64,000 bases of DNA. It comes from Gnetum montanum. Its lineage: Eukaryota; Plantae; Gnetophyta. The stretch covers positions 11,841 to 75,840 of the forward strand of contig MNCI01001248.1 in the NCBI GenBank assembly GCA_015680685.1, written 5' to 3'. Of the stretch, positions 39,101 through 52,244 are shown in pieces (position 1 is the first letter of the stretch; each line of letters opens with the position of its first letter). Below the pieces are notes generated by a model. It had not been told where the DNA came from. It saw only the letters and a list, made by a program, of their open reading frames with translations, and did not search any database. A program made the position numbers and the translations under genes.

Positions 39101-40479
39101 CTTATGAAATTCATTCTAAATAACATTGGAAAAACTCTAAAATCAAAATTTTCTAAGTTTTGGAGGCAATGCAAATTCTGATTTAATCTCCCTTCAACAC
39201 CACCCTAAAATAGCTTCATGAAATAGATTTTTAACCTTCGAAAACCTCCATGAATCATTTTATTTCATCCCTTATCATTTCAACTTCAATTTTAGTGATT
39301 TTTAAAAAGTTCAAAAAATATTTAAAAATTTTCTAAGTATGACTGATGCTAATAATGACACCCACCAACATCAATGTCAACGTTTGCATCAAAAACACCG
39401 TTTTCATCACCTCCAAACCTCATTATGTTGGCTGCTAGCCCAATGGCAACATTGCATGTGTCACATGCCACCAAAACCTAATGCCTTTCCCACATAAAGC
39501 ATGCTAGAATTCAGATAAAAGATAAGGAAATATTCCAAACCTCAAAATTGGGCATTTCAACCATAAAAGTATTGAAAGGTAGCCTATCCTAACCATGGCC
39601 AATCAAGGTAAGGCCTATTCTACGCTTGTGAAGGATAGATTTGTCCCAAAGAAGTACAAAAACCTTTACTTTTCCATCTTTCTTTCATTATTTTTTCTTT
39701 CTCATTCTCCATTAACAAGTACCACCACAAGTAGATCATTGTCACCATGGATAGACTACTACTATGGCTAGCAATTCCATGCTATGACAACATGTCATGT
39801 GGTGTCATCTCATGTGCCACCTATGACAATGAATGTCATTATCATTTTTAATGCTACTACAAGTGCTTGCAAGCAAGTAGCCTTCCCTTGCCTTTCTGTT
39901 CCCCTTCCATATCCTTCACAAAAATAAAAAAAATAAGCAGGGTTAGGATACATAACTCACCTAGGTGAAGCTAGCACATGGTTGGATCCCTTCCTAGTCA
40001 TCTCTTCCTCTCTCTTACCTGGTCACCAGTAGGATCCACATGTCTTCCTAACACATCCTCTTTGCTAAAATTTCTTCCTCTATGGCACCTTCACATAACC
40101 CACTAGATGATATAAAAAAAATATTAAAAACCCCCTCTGCTAACTTCAAAAGCTCCTAACCTTAGACATGAAACTACCAAAATGGCTATCTTTCTCTCCT
40201 CACTTCAAAATTATACCATCTCCCTTTTTCTTGGTTTCCTCTTTCCATTTTTTGCTTTTTGCATTTTTGTTAGAAAAAATATTTGAATACTATAAAATCT
40301 ATGGTGTCTGTCCCATGTCACCTGTATCCTTCATGGTACTAATAATAGGTCCATTCATAAACTCCTTCATTATCTTATAACTTGAATGGAAACATCCACA
40401 GAGATTCCAAATGTACATAGTGATCTTTGCATAAGCATTAGCATTTAAAATCCAAGACTTTTAAATTTTCGTAATCCTC

Positions 40480-40920
40480 TCCCTACCAAGACTTAGAAAA
40501 TATTCTCATGCTTTTCTCCTTGCTTTAGAAGAATTCACTATTCCTCTCTACTTTGTACCATAGAAAATTTTCTAACTCTCTTCTAGCATAGGTTTGAAAA
40601 CTTTTTTCCTTTTCCCTTCTCCAAGCTCTAAAACTTTTGTAACTCTTCCCTTCTTTTTATACTTAGGAAATTTTTTTCATGTTATTTCCTAGCACTTGAC
40701 TTCAAAATTTTTCTAAATTCCTACATGACTTAGAAAATTCTTACTCTTTCTCTTCCTATGTAACTTAGGAAATTCTCCCATCTTCTTTACCTTACCTTAC
40801 AAAATTTTTCATTTTATCTTTCCCTCATACATTATAAAATTTGCTCAAATTCCCCTCTAAAATATTAAAAATTTTCAAAATTTTATTTTTTCTTACTTTT
40901 CTTATTCAAATTCTTCTAAC
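40480..40920 (+). repeat. Degenerate tandem array, ~35-40 bp period, core ACTTAGAAAATTTT
   Basis: About ten recurrences (GACTTAGAAAATATT, ACTTAGGAAATTTT, GACTTAGAAAATTC...). The reverse complement AAATTTTTCTAAGT recurs in F's LTRs. Confidence 0.6.
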
Positions 40921-41219
40921 CCCTTAAAATTGAGTCACTTTTCCATATAACTACCCTTTCTCTCTCATGGTTTTCAGGCCATGGATCTTACACTAATCCA
41001 TTGTCTATGTAAATCGCTCATCTTGGATAGGCCACACAGCTTAATCACTCACTCTCTCAATGAGGATTTAATTGATTTTTTCTCACTCAACTCCCTAGAC
41101 TCCATCATCTTAATACCTAACATTACCAAGAAAGACTTAATTTCTCAAACTAACCTTTCCTTTTTGGATCGTGAAACCATCATAATGATTGAACTCTTAT
41201 TAGAGCTTATCATAACAAA

Positions 41220-44200
41220 TTACTAAAATGAGGAAAAGACCTTATAACTAGGGGAGAACTTGACTAACAATATTAAGGAATATATCCTGAATATACTTAG
41301 AAAAAATTCTATTTCCTTCACATGGGAAAATAATGACATGACTAGTTTGGACACCATTCTTATCCAACATAACATCATACTTGAGAAGGGTTCCAAGCCT
41401 ATCAAATAAAAGGCCCAAAAAATCATACTTAATCTAGCCTTAACCATTTAAGATGAGATCACTAAACTCTACAACATAGTATTTATATGTCTTCTAGACT
41501 ACTCTGATTAGGTATCCAACATGGTCACCATGTCTAAGAAAAATGGAGTTATTAGGATATGCATTAATTTTTATAATCTCAATAAAGTAACATTGGAATA
41601 TGACTTTTTACTACCTAACATTGACCAACTCATAAACAAAACACAATTCATTCTTTACTTAGTTTCACAGATGTTTTTCTGGGTTATAACCAAATTCAAA
41701 TCAATCTTGAACATCAACACTTTATAACTTTCATGACCCTATAGAAAACCTTTCATTATATTAAAATGTCTTTTAAACTTAAGAATTCTAGAGGAACAAT
41801 ACCAATGAGTCATGGCCTTTATGTTTAGTGACATGATGTTTAAAACCATCAACAATTACGTGGATGATCTAAATATCAAGTTTATCATTCAAATTGATCA
41901 TCCCATTGATTTAGACTTAGCTTTAGCTTGTTGCAATAAGTACAATCTTTGCTTAAATCAAAGAAAATACAATTTTGATGTAAAAATAGAAAAAATCATA
42001 AGATTTTTAGTTTCAACAAATGGTATCATAATAAATCCTGATGAATTTAAAACAACCATGAACCTCCCACCACCCAAGTGTCTTATAAGGTAGATTATGC
42101 ATCTTCCAAATTAATTTCATTTCCTTTCTCATCTTCTCAAAAACTCTACAACTTTCAAGTGAGACTTGAAGTATTAAGAGGTTTTTTATGGAACCAAGTA
42201 TGCCCTTACCAACCTTTTTATCCTTCATCCCCCTTAATTTGATCTTATCTTCTATATCTATCTTTCTAGATTTAATAAATCTATCATGATCATGCTTTTC
42301 CAACAATGCAAAAATGGTATGGATATAGAAAAATCTTATTTAGGCTTTCTCTTTGCCCTTAACAAATGGCAACACTACCTGCTATGGAAAAAGGTTCATG
42401 TTATTTTCTAAGATAACATTTTATGATCTATCACTACTAATTCTTATGATAACAACCATATGACACAATGGAAAATGCTCCTAACTAAGTTTGACTCTCC
42501 TACCTTGCCCAACACTTATTAAGGAATAAGTCATAGTGAACCTACTTACTTTGGTTCCACTCTTTGAACCTTTCACCATCATCGTCTAATCTCCTTCTAA
42601 GGAAAGGAGTAAGAAAAAAATAATCTCTCTTCTAGCTCCAACTATATTATTAATACATGAGAATTTTGATTCACACTTATTCTTTGATGTTTCTCATACA
42701 ACTCAAGGTTCTAGCATAGCTTGTGTAGTTCAATGCCAAGGTATGGATCATATTTATTAAACTTACCAATTAAATTTTTCATTTACTAACAATGTAGTAT
42801 AATATGAAGGTATTAATCAAGATTTTCTCTTAGCTCTTCAACTTGGAATTAAAAGGCTTTCCATTTGTAGTGACTCCCAATTGATCATATCCTAGGTAAA
42901 CAAAAAATATGCTTGCAAAGTTGAGCATCTTTAGTCTTATCAGACTTATCAAAAAATTTTGTTTCTTAATTTAATGAATGTTTACTCATACATGTCCATT
43001 GCTTGAAATACATGATTGCTAATGTGCTCACTACTTTCATCTTTTTTATCAATCCTACTTTTTTTAAGGATCATTTATTTCACTCAACATAAGATACACT
43101 CAACACTCTTACAAATAAATAATGAATTGGCTTAGTTAAATTTAGAATAAGATGAACAAGACCATGATATCATACAATATTTGCAAACAAAAGAAACTCT
43201 TAAAAATATATCTTATTCATAAAATGATGTTCTCTGAAAATGTACTAAACATTTTTGTACTATGGATCCTAGTATTTTATATTGTATTTCTATGCCAAGT
43301 GTTCTTATATGTTACCTAAGTTAGGATGATGTGCAAAAAAATTTTAGAACAATTTCATTCTAGTGTAAGTGATGGTTACTTAGATTTATGATCTCTTATA
43401 GATTGTATCATTTCATTAAGTTACTGGTGACCTATGATGTCTAGAAATGCATAGAAGATAGTCAAAATTTTTTATACATGTCAACATAATGCTTTAACTA
43501 TTTATGTGTCATCTCAAAAGCTTAGACCTTTAAAAATTGTATGATCCTTTCAAAATTAGGGACTAGATCTCATAGGTTTTATCAATCCCCAATCTTACTT
43601 TGATCATTAGTTTATTTTTATGACTACTAAATATTTTCCCAAGTGGTTCAAAGCTATTCCTTTTAAAACTATAACTTTAAAGTATATTTATCACTTTATT
43701 TTGGATCATATAATCACTTGCTTTGATATTCCTTTTCACATTATAACTAATAATGAATCTTATTTTAAGAGCAATGAACTAGCCAAATTTTGTGATTAAT
43801 ACCAAATCAACTAGTCATTCCCATCTCCATATTATCCATAATCCAATGGGTAATTTGAATCAACCAATATATCCCTCATTTATATGCTTAAATGATGGTT
43901 TATAAATCCCAACATAATTTGCATACTCAGTTATCCCATGCCCTTTGGATCTACTGTACTATCTTTCATAATGAAAGTAGCCAAACCTCATTCATGATTG
44001 CCTATGGATCAGAACCTATGTTGCTAATGGAGGTGAATATACCTTCCCTTCATGTAGCTCTAAATAATTGGATGATGGATGAGAAGAATGTCAACATGCA
44101 CTATATTGAGATAGATACCCTTAATAAAAATCTCAAACAAGTACTGATCAACATTCAAAATCATCAAGAATTCATGCACCATCATCATGAAAAGCATGCT

Positions 44201-44400
44201 AGACTTAAAGATATCAAAGAATGTGACCTTGTCCTTAGGCATGTTCCTAATGTCAAGATAACTAAGTTCTTACCCAACTAGCAAGGCCCCTTCAAAATTA
44301 GAAATATCCTTAGCAATAAATCACATTACTTGGTATATTCAAATAAGAATCAATACATAGGCCCAATGATTAGAACATACCTCAAATGATACTACATTTG
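41220..44400 (+). pseudogene. pol: Element F pol (RT, RNase H, additional archaeal-type RNase H, integrase)
   Basis: KKNGVIRICINFYNLNK...FLLPNIDQL; NNYVDD; LFFDVS...FTNNVV*YEG...ALQLGIKRLSICSDSQLI (aRH); GLDLIGFI...KWFKAIP; HALWIYCT...AYGSEPML. Confidence 0.88.
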
Positions 44401-44870
44401 AGGTTAAAAAAATCAAGCATAGCCAAGTTTTCTTCAACACTTTTCTCATCTCATCTACATCTTATTACATCATTTTCAATCTTCTTCCTATCTCATTTTT
44501 TATCTTTCTCACTTTCCTTTCTTATTTTATTTTTTTTTTTTTTTCTTTTATCTCCCTCATCGAATTTCGTTTGTCTCCCCTCAATTTCTTCTTATCTCAT
44601 TCTATTAATTTTTCTTTACAACACACTATACTATGAATATCTATTAATGATTTACCTCATGTAGTGAGTAATGAATATCCTATCATTCTAACTCTATGTG
44701 AGGATGTTTTAAGTGTGAGTTAAATAAGAAGGAAATTAATTTATGAACCATCAGCAATCATTAGAACATGGGATTCGGCCATGCCCTTCTTCGATGGCAC
44801 AACATCTCATCTTAGTGTATAGGTGATATCCCTCATTTTTCTTTCATATTTTATTATTTTCTTAATTTCA

Positions 44871-47800
44871 TGATGTATGGACACCTCTTTTGAGTTCCAT
44901 TTTCATTCTTACAGGTGGTTGATTGTAGCTTTTGTAAAGATAGAGAGACATCTTAGCTAAGAGTTGGAAATACACAAGAGACACTCCATTCGTAGAGGAG
45001 ACACCTTATGTTGCTAGGAGATATTTCTATGAAGATGTCTCATCAGAATTAGAGACATCTCACCCCAAGAGGAGACATCTCAACCCAATAGGAGACATCT
45101 CCCACAATCAAGAAATGTCTCATCTGAAGCCTCAAGCTTTTAAAAAGACATTTACTAAGCCTGTAGACATTCGTATAATTAGGAAACGTTTTGAGTTAGT
45201 AGTTCCAAGTTTGGAAATAACTAGAAAATGAGAAAAATATGAAAATAGGTAGGAATCTTCAAATTAAGAGTGCAAAAGGTTTCCCTATTTTTCTTTTCTT
45301 GAATTCAATAAATAAGCACATGGAGATTATGTTTTTTGTTTTCATGTTTTGGACATGGAGAGTTGAGAACATCAAATTTTTTTATGAGAGATTACATGAG
45401 TATGTATGCATATCTATTGTCATTTGTATGTTTTTCCATTGAAGCTTTTAGTATGCATGTTGTCTTAGATCTTGGTCCTATATTTTTGGAAGAGATTTAA
45501 TTTACTTATGCCTTGCATTGAGGTCAATCATTATATGGTTGTAGAGCCTTATGCTCTATAATGTCATTGAGTGTATGAGTGATTTGTAATATTTATGGGT
45601 AATGGAGCCATTGGATTATAATCTTCTATGAATTAATTTAAGTTAGCTAATTTTTTATTTTCTAGCAATTGAAGTATCTTCATACATTCTAGTTTCTATC
45701 TATGCTTGAAGGATTAATGCAAAATAGAATGATCTTGCTCTAGTGTTATCAGTATTAGAGTGTTCAGTTAATTGTTGTTTAGAATTTGATTGCTAATTTT
45801 TATCAATTTTAGATTACATTTAAAAAGAAATAAGTTCAACCCTAAATAAAGATACAGAGAACATGAAATCTACCTTTCAACTAATGGTTGCATGATTGGA
45901 TGAGATTAGTGCCAAGGTAGATAAAAATGTTGGTTCTAGCCATATTCAAAATTGTAGAGATAATAAGCATTCATATTTAAATACTGACAAAGAAGTTTCT
46001 TGACCTAGTGGAGGGAGAACAAATGAGGAGGAAGAACATTTCAACTATGGGAGTGTGGAAATCCATCAGTCAAAGATTCTATTGGGATGAAATCCAAATC
46101 CTTACATCTTAATCCTAATATTTTCATCACTAGCATACACTTCTTTTCATGAAAAGCTTAATGATGAAGATGAAGCAAGGCTTGCTAGAGCATTTAGAAA
46201 TATTGCTAGTATTCTATATGTAAAGCTAAAACTTTCAACATTATAGATGGCACCAATGCTTTTGCAATTTGGTTGAAGGTACTTGACAAGAATTTTGAGC
46301 TTGAATAGGTACCAAATCAATTAATTGTATTAATTACTAAATCCAAATTACAAGGTATGACTTCTACTTAGTGAAGAAAGGAGTTCCAAAGTTATATGAG
46401 GAAAAATGGTCAACCTATCAAGGATTGGAATGTGAGGAAATATAGGTTAAGAAAAATATTTGAACAAACTTAATAAAAATAATAGATGATCATGAATTTA
46501 AAATTCCTTTAAGAGGGTGAAAAACATGTCATGGAGTTATACATCAAATTTGTTGAACTATTCAACTAAGCTAAGGTAAACTAGCTGGAGTAAAAATATG
46601 ATTACATCTTTCTTAGAGGTCTCAAAATTACATATTAGTAGGATTATCATTACATGATCCACAAACTCTTGATAAGGCTTATGATTCGATACTCAAAGTA
46701 GAAAAGAAACTTAGTGGATTTTGGAATAGGAGTAAACAAGTTTTGACATGGGAGGATAAGGGATCTAGATTGGAGAAGTCATATAAGTTCAAATCTAAAA
46801 ATAACAAGTGTAACCATGATGAGAAGTTAGAGAAAGATGATGAGACGGGTAAAACCAAGAAGGGCCAAGGCATAAACTTATCCAAGATTCAATGCTTCAA
46901 ATATGGAGAATGGAAATACAAGTAATGGGAATGTCCACTTCACCAAGCAACCAAGGGCAAGAATGTTCAAATCATAAAAGTAGAGAAGACACCAAGGCAA
47001 GATCTTTAAATAGGTAATCCTAATTCTTTGAAAATTAAGAAAGTTTTTGTAGTTAATTCTTATGCATTTATGGAAAATGTGAATATAGGAGATCATCCAT
47101 TTAGGAAATTGTTATTTTAGAGTGGGGCTAGATGTTTACTTAGTAGGAAATGGATTAATATTTTGATTAATGGATTTTCCCAAGAAACTATTATTTCTTC
47201 TAGATAATTTACTTAGTAGGGAATGGATTTTCCCAAGAAACTATTAAGTAACAAATCCTCATCCTAGACCCTACAAGGTATATTAATTATCAAGAAACTT
47301 TTCTCAAGAGATGAGAGAGCAATGTGTTTTAAAATTTAAAATTGAAAGTTATTATGATGTCATGAAATGTGTTGTATTACCAATTGACTATGTTGATGTA
47401 ATTCTTGGAAGGACTTGGAATTTTGACATTTGTTGTCAATTTCATGTAGCAAGAAATGTGTGGAATGTAGCAAGACTTGGTGGAATCCATGAGTTGATTC
47501 CTATAACAACTAAATAAGTGAGGCAAAAAAGCTCATATAATGCTTCCTTAATTCTTCTAGGAGAGATGAAATCCATTAAGAAACATGATGGAGCTAGTTT
47601 TGGTTTTGTTATTGTACCAATATTTCTTTTAACCATGATGTTATGTAGGTATAACTTTCAATAGATGTTCTAGGCTTGAAGAAGCAATTTCCCAAGGTGT
47701 TCAAAAAGGAATTATATGGATTACCATGAATGAAAAATTTACAATACCAAATTAACTTCATCACTAGTGCTACCATTCCAAACGAGATGGCATACTAGAC

Positions 47801-50800
47801 GGCACCAAATCAACAAGCTGAATTACAAAGATAAGTAGAGAAGTTAGTTCCAAAATCCTTCATAAAGGAATCCATTTCACCTTGTGCAATACCAGTAGTG
47901 CTTATGCCAAAGAAGGATAGTGACAAATGAAGAATGTGCATTGATTCAATGGTAGTGAATAGGATAACAATGAGGTACAATTTTTATATTTCAAGTATGG
48001 ATGATAACCTTGATGTTTTTACCAATTCAAAAGTTTTTAATAGAATTGTTTTGAAGAGTGGATATCATAATATTTGGATCAGGCCTAGTGGTGAATGGAA
48101 GATAACTTTCAAAACACTAGATGGATTTTTTGAGTGGTTGGTGATGTCATTTGGGCTCACAAATGCACCTACTATATACATGAGATTGATGCATAATGTT
48201 CTCAAGGATTTCATTAGTAAGTGTTATATTATTTTTTTGATGATATTTTAGTGTATAGCTCTAATGAGGAGAAGCACTTGGATCACTTAAATAAAGTGTC
48301 TTAAATGTAATTAGGCACATTTAGTTATTAATTTAAAGAAGAGTCATTTTTTTAAGAGGAAGATCACATATTTGGGAGATTTGATTTTTAAAAATCAAAT
48401 TCAAATGGAAGCTACCAAGATGAGGCCTATTAGAGATTGGTCAAATCCTAAAAATGTTAAGGAGGTAAGAAAATTTCTTGGATTAGTAGGTTTTAGTAGG
48501 AGATTCATCAAAGATTTCAATGGTATTTCCTAGCCTCTGTTCACTTTACTACAGAAGAAAAATAATTTTAGGTGAGGTGATAAGACCAAAAGGAGCTTTA
48601 ACTTGTTGAAGGAAAAAATCACCAATGAACTAGTGCTTGTAATACCAAATTTCAAGAAGCTTTTTTAGGTGGAGGTGGATGCAAGTGAGCTATCCATTAA
48701 AATGAAACTTCAACAAAAAGGTAGGCATGTTAATTTCCTTTTAGATAAGTTGGATAAGTTAAGGTAGAAATATAGTGTATATGACAACGAATTGTATACT
48801 ATTCTTCAAGAAATCAAGCATTAGATGCATTACTTGTTGTCCAAGAAACTAAACTTGATGGTAGACTACAAAGCACTTCAATTTCTTAATTTCCAAAATA
48901 AGTTCAACACTAAACACATGAACTAAATAACACAATTATAGGATTTTAATTTGATGCTCAAGCACAAGAGTAAGAAAGCCAATGTGGTAGTTGATGCATT
49001 GTCTAGGATGCATGTGGTAAATTTCAACATGCCTCACATGATAAGTATGAATGATTTTGTTCATTTTTAAGAACATGATTTTGATTTTGGACAAGTTTAT
49101 AGAAGCCTTAATGAACTATTGTTGAGTATAATAGACCAATAGAGGAACTATCATATTTAAGATGAACTGTTATTCAAAAATGGAAAGGTATGTATTTCCA
49201 ATTATGATTTTAAAATGAAGATTTTGGTTGAAAAGCATTAGGTGACATGGAAAATCATATGAATAGAGATAAGGCATTGAACCTTGTAGGTAGGTACTAT
49301 TTTTTACATGAAATGGCATCTAAAGTTTTTAAATTTATGGAGTATTTGACCTATCAAAAATTTAGAGGTAAAGAAGTGAATGGACATTATATGCCTTTGC
49401 TTATTTCCAAGGATATATGGGAAATTTTGTCAATGGACTTTGTGAGTGGGATTCAAAATATAAAAAGTTAGAATTATGCTATCTTTTTTGTAGTGAACAG
49501 ATTTTCCAAGATGGCACACTTAGTTCTATGCAAAAAGATGAGTGATGCATCTAATGTTGCAAATTTATTTTTCTAGCATGTTATGAAGTTGCATGAGATT
49601 TCTTTGAACATTGTTAGTGATAGAGACTCTAAATTTACTATTTATTTTTGGAGGTTCCTTTTGAAACTTTTAGGATCAATTTTGATTTTTCTAGTGCATT
49701 TCATCCACAATCTAATATTTAAAAGAAATTCGTTAGTACATCTTTGCTAAATATTTTGAGATGTTTATGTGATGAATAGTCTGATAGGTGGGAATTTTTT
49801 TTGTATCATGCTAATCTTTCCTACAATAATGTTTTTCATGTTGATATTAGTGAAAAATCATTTTAGGTAAATTATGGATTTTTTCCAAAGATGATGAAGA
49901 ATGTAAGGAGCTTTGATAGAGAATCTCAACTAAGTGCTAATTTTATGTAAGAGATGAAGGATCTTCATGCTCAAGTAAAGGAAAATCCTAAGAAGAAATT
50001 TGAAGAGAGAGTCCTCAAGAGGAATCAGGATAAGAGGAAGTCCAAATTTGATGTTGATAATTTAGTTTATGTACACTTCAAGAAGAAGAGGTTGAGAGGT
50101 ATTAACATTTTAAAGTTGAAAACTAAGAAGATGGATTCTTTCAGGATAAATGCTAAAATTAATGATAATTATTTTAAAATTTACTTACCCACATAGTGAT
50201 GTGAGTATGTCTTTTTTATTTAATTTTTTAGATCTTATGCACTACCATGAATCAATAGCTGATGAAATCATATAGGATAGCATCAATGAGTTGAAGGGGG
50301 CTATTGACAAGTCCAAGCCATCAATGGAGAGAAAGGTAGTTGTAATTAAGAGGAGAGAAGCTTCTAACACTCATGAAGCAAAGAGGCATAATTACTTTAT
50401 CCATTGGAAAGACCAAAATATGGATGATTTTGTATGGGTCCATGAGACCAAACCTACCGAGTGAAAAATTACTTCTACCCCTACTCCCTTGTTCTCCTAA
50501 GTTCACTTTTTGAAAGATGGGAGGGTTAGTATAGGAACATCTCTTTCAAGTCCAATTTTCATCCCTATATGTGGTTTATTCTAAGTTTAATGAAGCTATA
50601 GAGACATCTTGAAGTTCAAAAAGACATCTTAGTTAAGAGTTGGAAATTCATAGGAGATGTTCCATTTGTAGAGGAGACATCTTGTCTTGCCAGGAGATGT
50701 ATCTATGGACATGTCCCATCTAGACTAGAGATATCTTTAGGAAGATGTTTCATCCCAAGAGGAGACATCTCACCCCCAATAGAAGACATCTCCCATAGTT

Positions 50801-51420
50801 AAGAGACATCTCATTTGAAGACTCAAGTTGACAGAAAGACATCTCACTAAGTCTATAGACATCTCATACATCCAAGGAAAGTTCCAAGTTAGCAGTTCAA
50901 GTTTGGAAATAGCCAAAAAAGATGAGAACAAGATATAAATAGTTGGTAATCTGCAATTTTAGAATGTAAAATATTTTCCTATGGTTCTTATATTAAATTT
51001 AATAAATATTATTTGTATTTTTATGTTTTGGACATGAAGAGCTGAGCACATGAGATTTTGTTATGAGAGATTAAATGAGTATGTGTGCATCTCTATGGTC
51101 AATTATGTGTTTAACCCTTGAAGCTCTTAGTGTATGTATTAGATTCGATCTCAATCCTATGTTTATGGGAGAGAGATAGTTCACTTTTGTCTTGCATTGA
51201 GGTCAATCATTGTGTGGTTATAGAGCCTCATTCTTTGCAATATCATCGAGTGTATGAGTGATTTGTCATATTTGTGGGATGTGGAACCATTGGATTGTAA
51301 TCTTCTTTAAATTAATTGTAGTTAGCTAGTTTTCTTATTTTCTAGCATTTGAATTATCTTCACACATTCCAGATTATGTGTATGCTTCAAGGATTAAAGA
51401 AAAATGGAATGATCCTTCTT
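44871..51420 (+). mobile_element. Element G: degenerate CRM-like chromovirus
   Basis: LTRs ~44871-45751 (TGATG start) and ~50527-51420. Decayed Met PBS GTATTAGAG and PPT GAAAGATGGGAGGG. Gag, knuckle IQCFKY..HK.WEC-like, protease, RT (MCIDS..VNRIT...KTLDGFFEWLVMSFGLTNAP), RH and IN. Confidence 0.85.
46200..50460 (+). pseudogene. pol: Element G gag-pol with C-terminal chromodomain-like segment
   Basis: RT 47930-48400; VEVDAS RNase H at ~48670; WEILSMDFV...FSKMAH integrase; NYFIHWKDQNMDDFVWV at 50390-50440. Confidence 0.82.
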
Positions 51421-52244
51421 CATTTTGCATGTCTATTTTTCATCTCTCCTCTCTCATTTCTCAATTCTCCCTCTAACTTCCTTTCATAGCCTATTTCCAT
51501 TCCACTCATTACAATATTCAGTGAGGATTAAGTAACTTATTCTATTCTATAAAGGATGTGTTAAATGCATGAGTGGGATAAGGTTGAATATCATAAAGGC
51601 ATCCTTTTATCCATCTTGTATGCAAGATCTAGCCATGTTCTCTTTTGGTGCATATCACCATCCTCATGACTAGTGTATTGACGATGTTCTAATTTTCTTC
51701 ACTTATTCCAATTATTTCTTTCCACTTCTTTTTTTCAAGTATATTACTTATCCACCATTTTCTTTTTTTAATGGACCTTACCTCAACAGCATCCATCAAT
51801 GGGGGACAATGTTGTACAAACTTTTTTAGTTTAATTCAAATCAAGACTAAATGTGATTTCAGCATTTTTCCATGAGTATTTGGATACCAAAATTCCCAAA
51901 TACACCATAACATGACATATTCTCAACTCCTAGAGATCTCAAGTGACCATTTGGATTCATAATCCAACTTATGGACTCCATTCTCCATGACACTCAAATA
52001 ACTCCAAAATCAAAAATTTTCTAAGTGATGAAGGTGATGCAAATATCAAATTGAGTTTCCTTCAACACCATAGAACAAAACATCTCAAAATATCCTTTTA
52101 AGACATATTTCTAGTCTTCATAGGCCTCTAATAATCCTTTAAGATCATATTCCAACTTCTTATTTTTAATTCCAATGACTTTGGAAAAGTTTTTTAAAAA
52201 GTTCAAAAATTTCTCCAAGTGTTATTGATACTAACATTGGTCAT

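Noticed and set aside
44940-45170. CRISPR-like short repeats with spacers
   Set aside because: Units are ~10 bp, irregularly spaced and inside eukaryotic LTRs, with no cas genes.
47137-47247. Local duplication in G's protease region
   Set aside because: Ordinary small duplication in a dead element.
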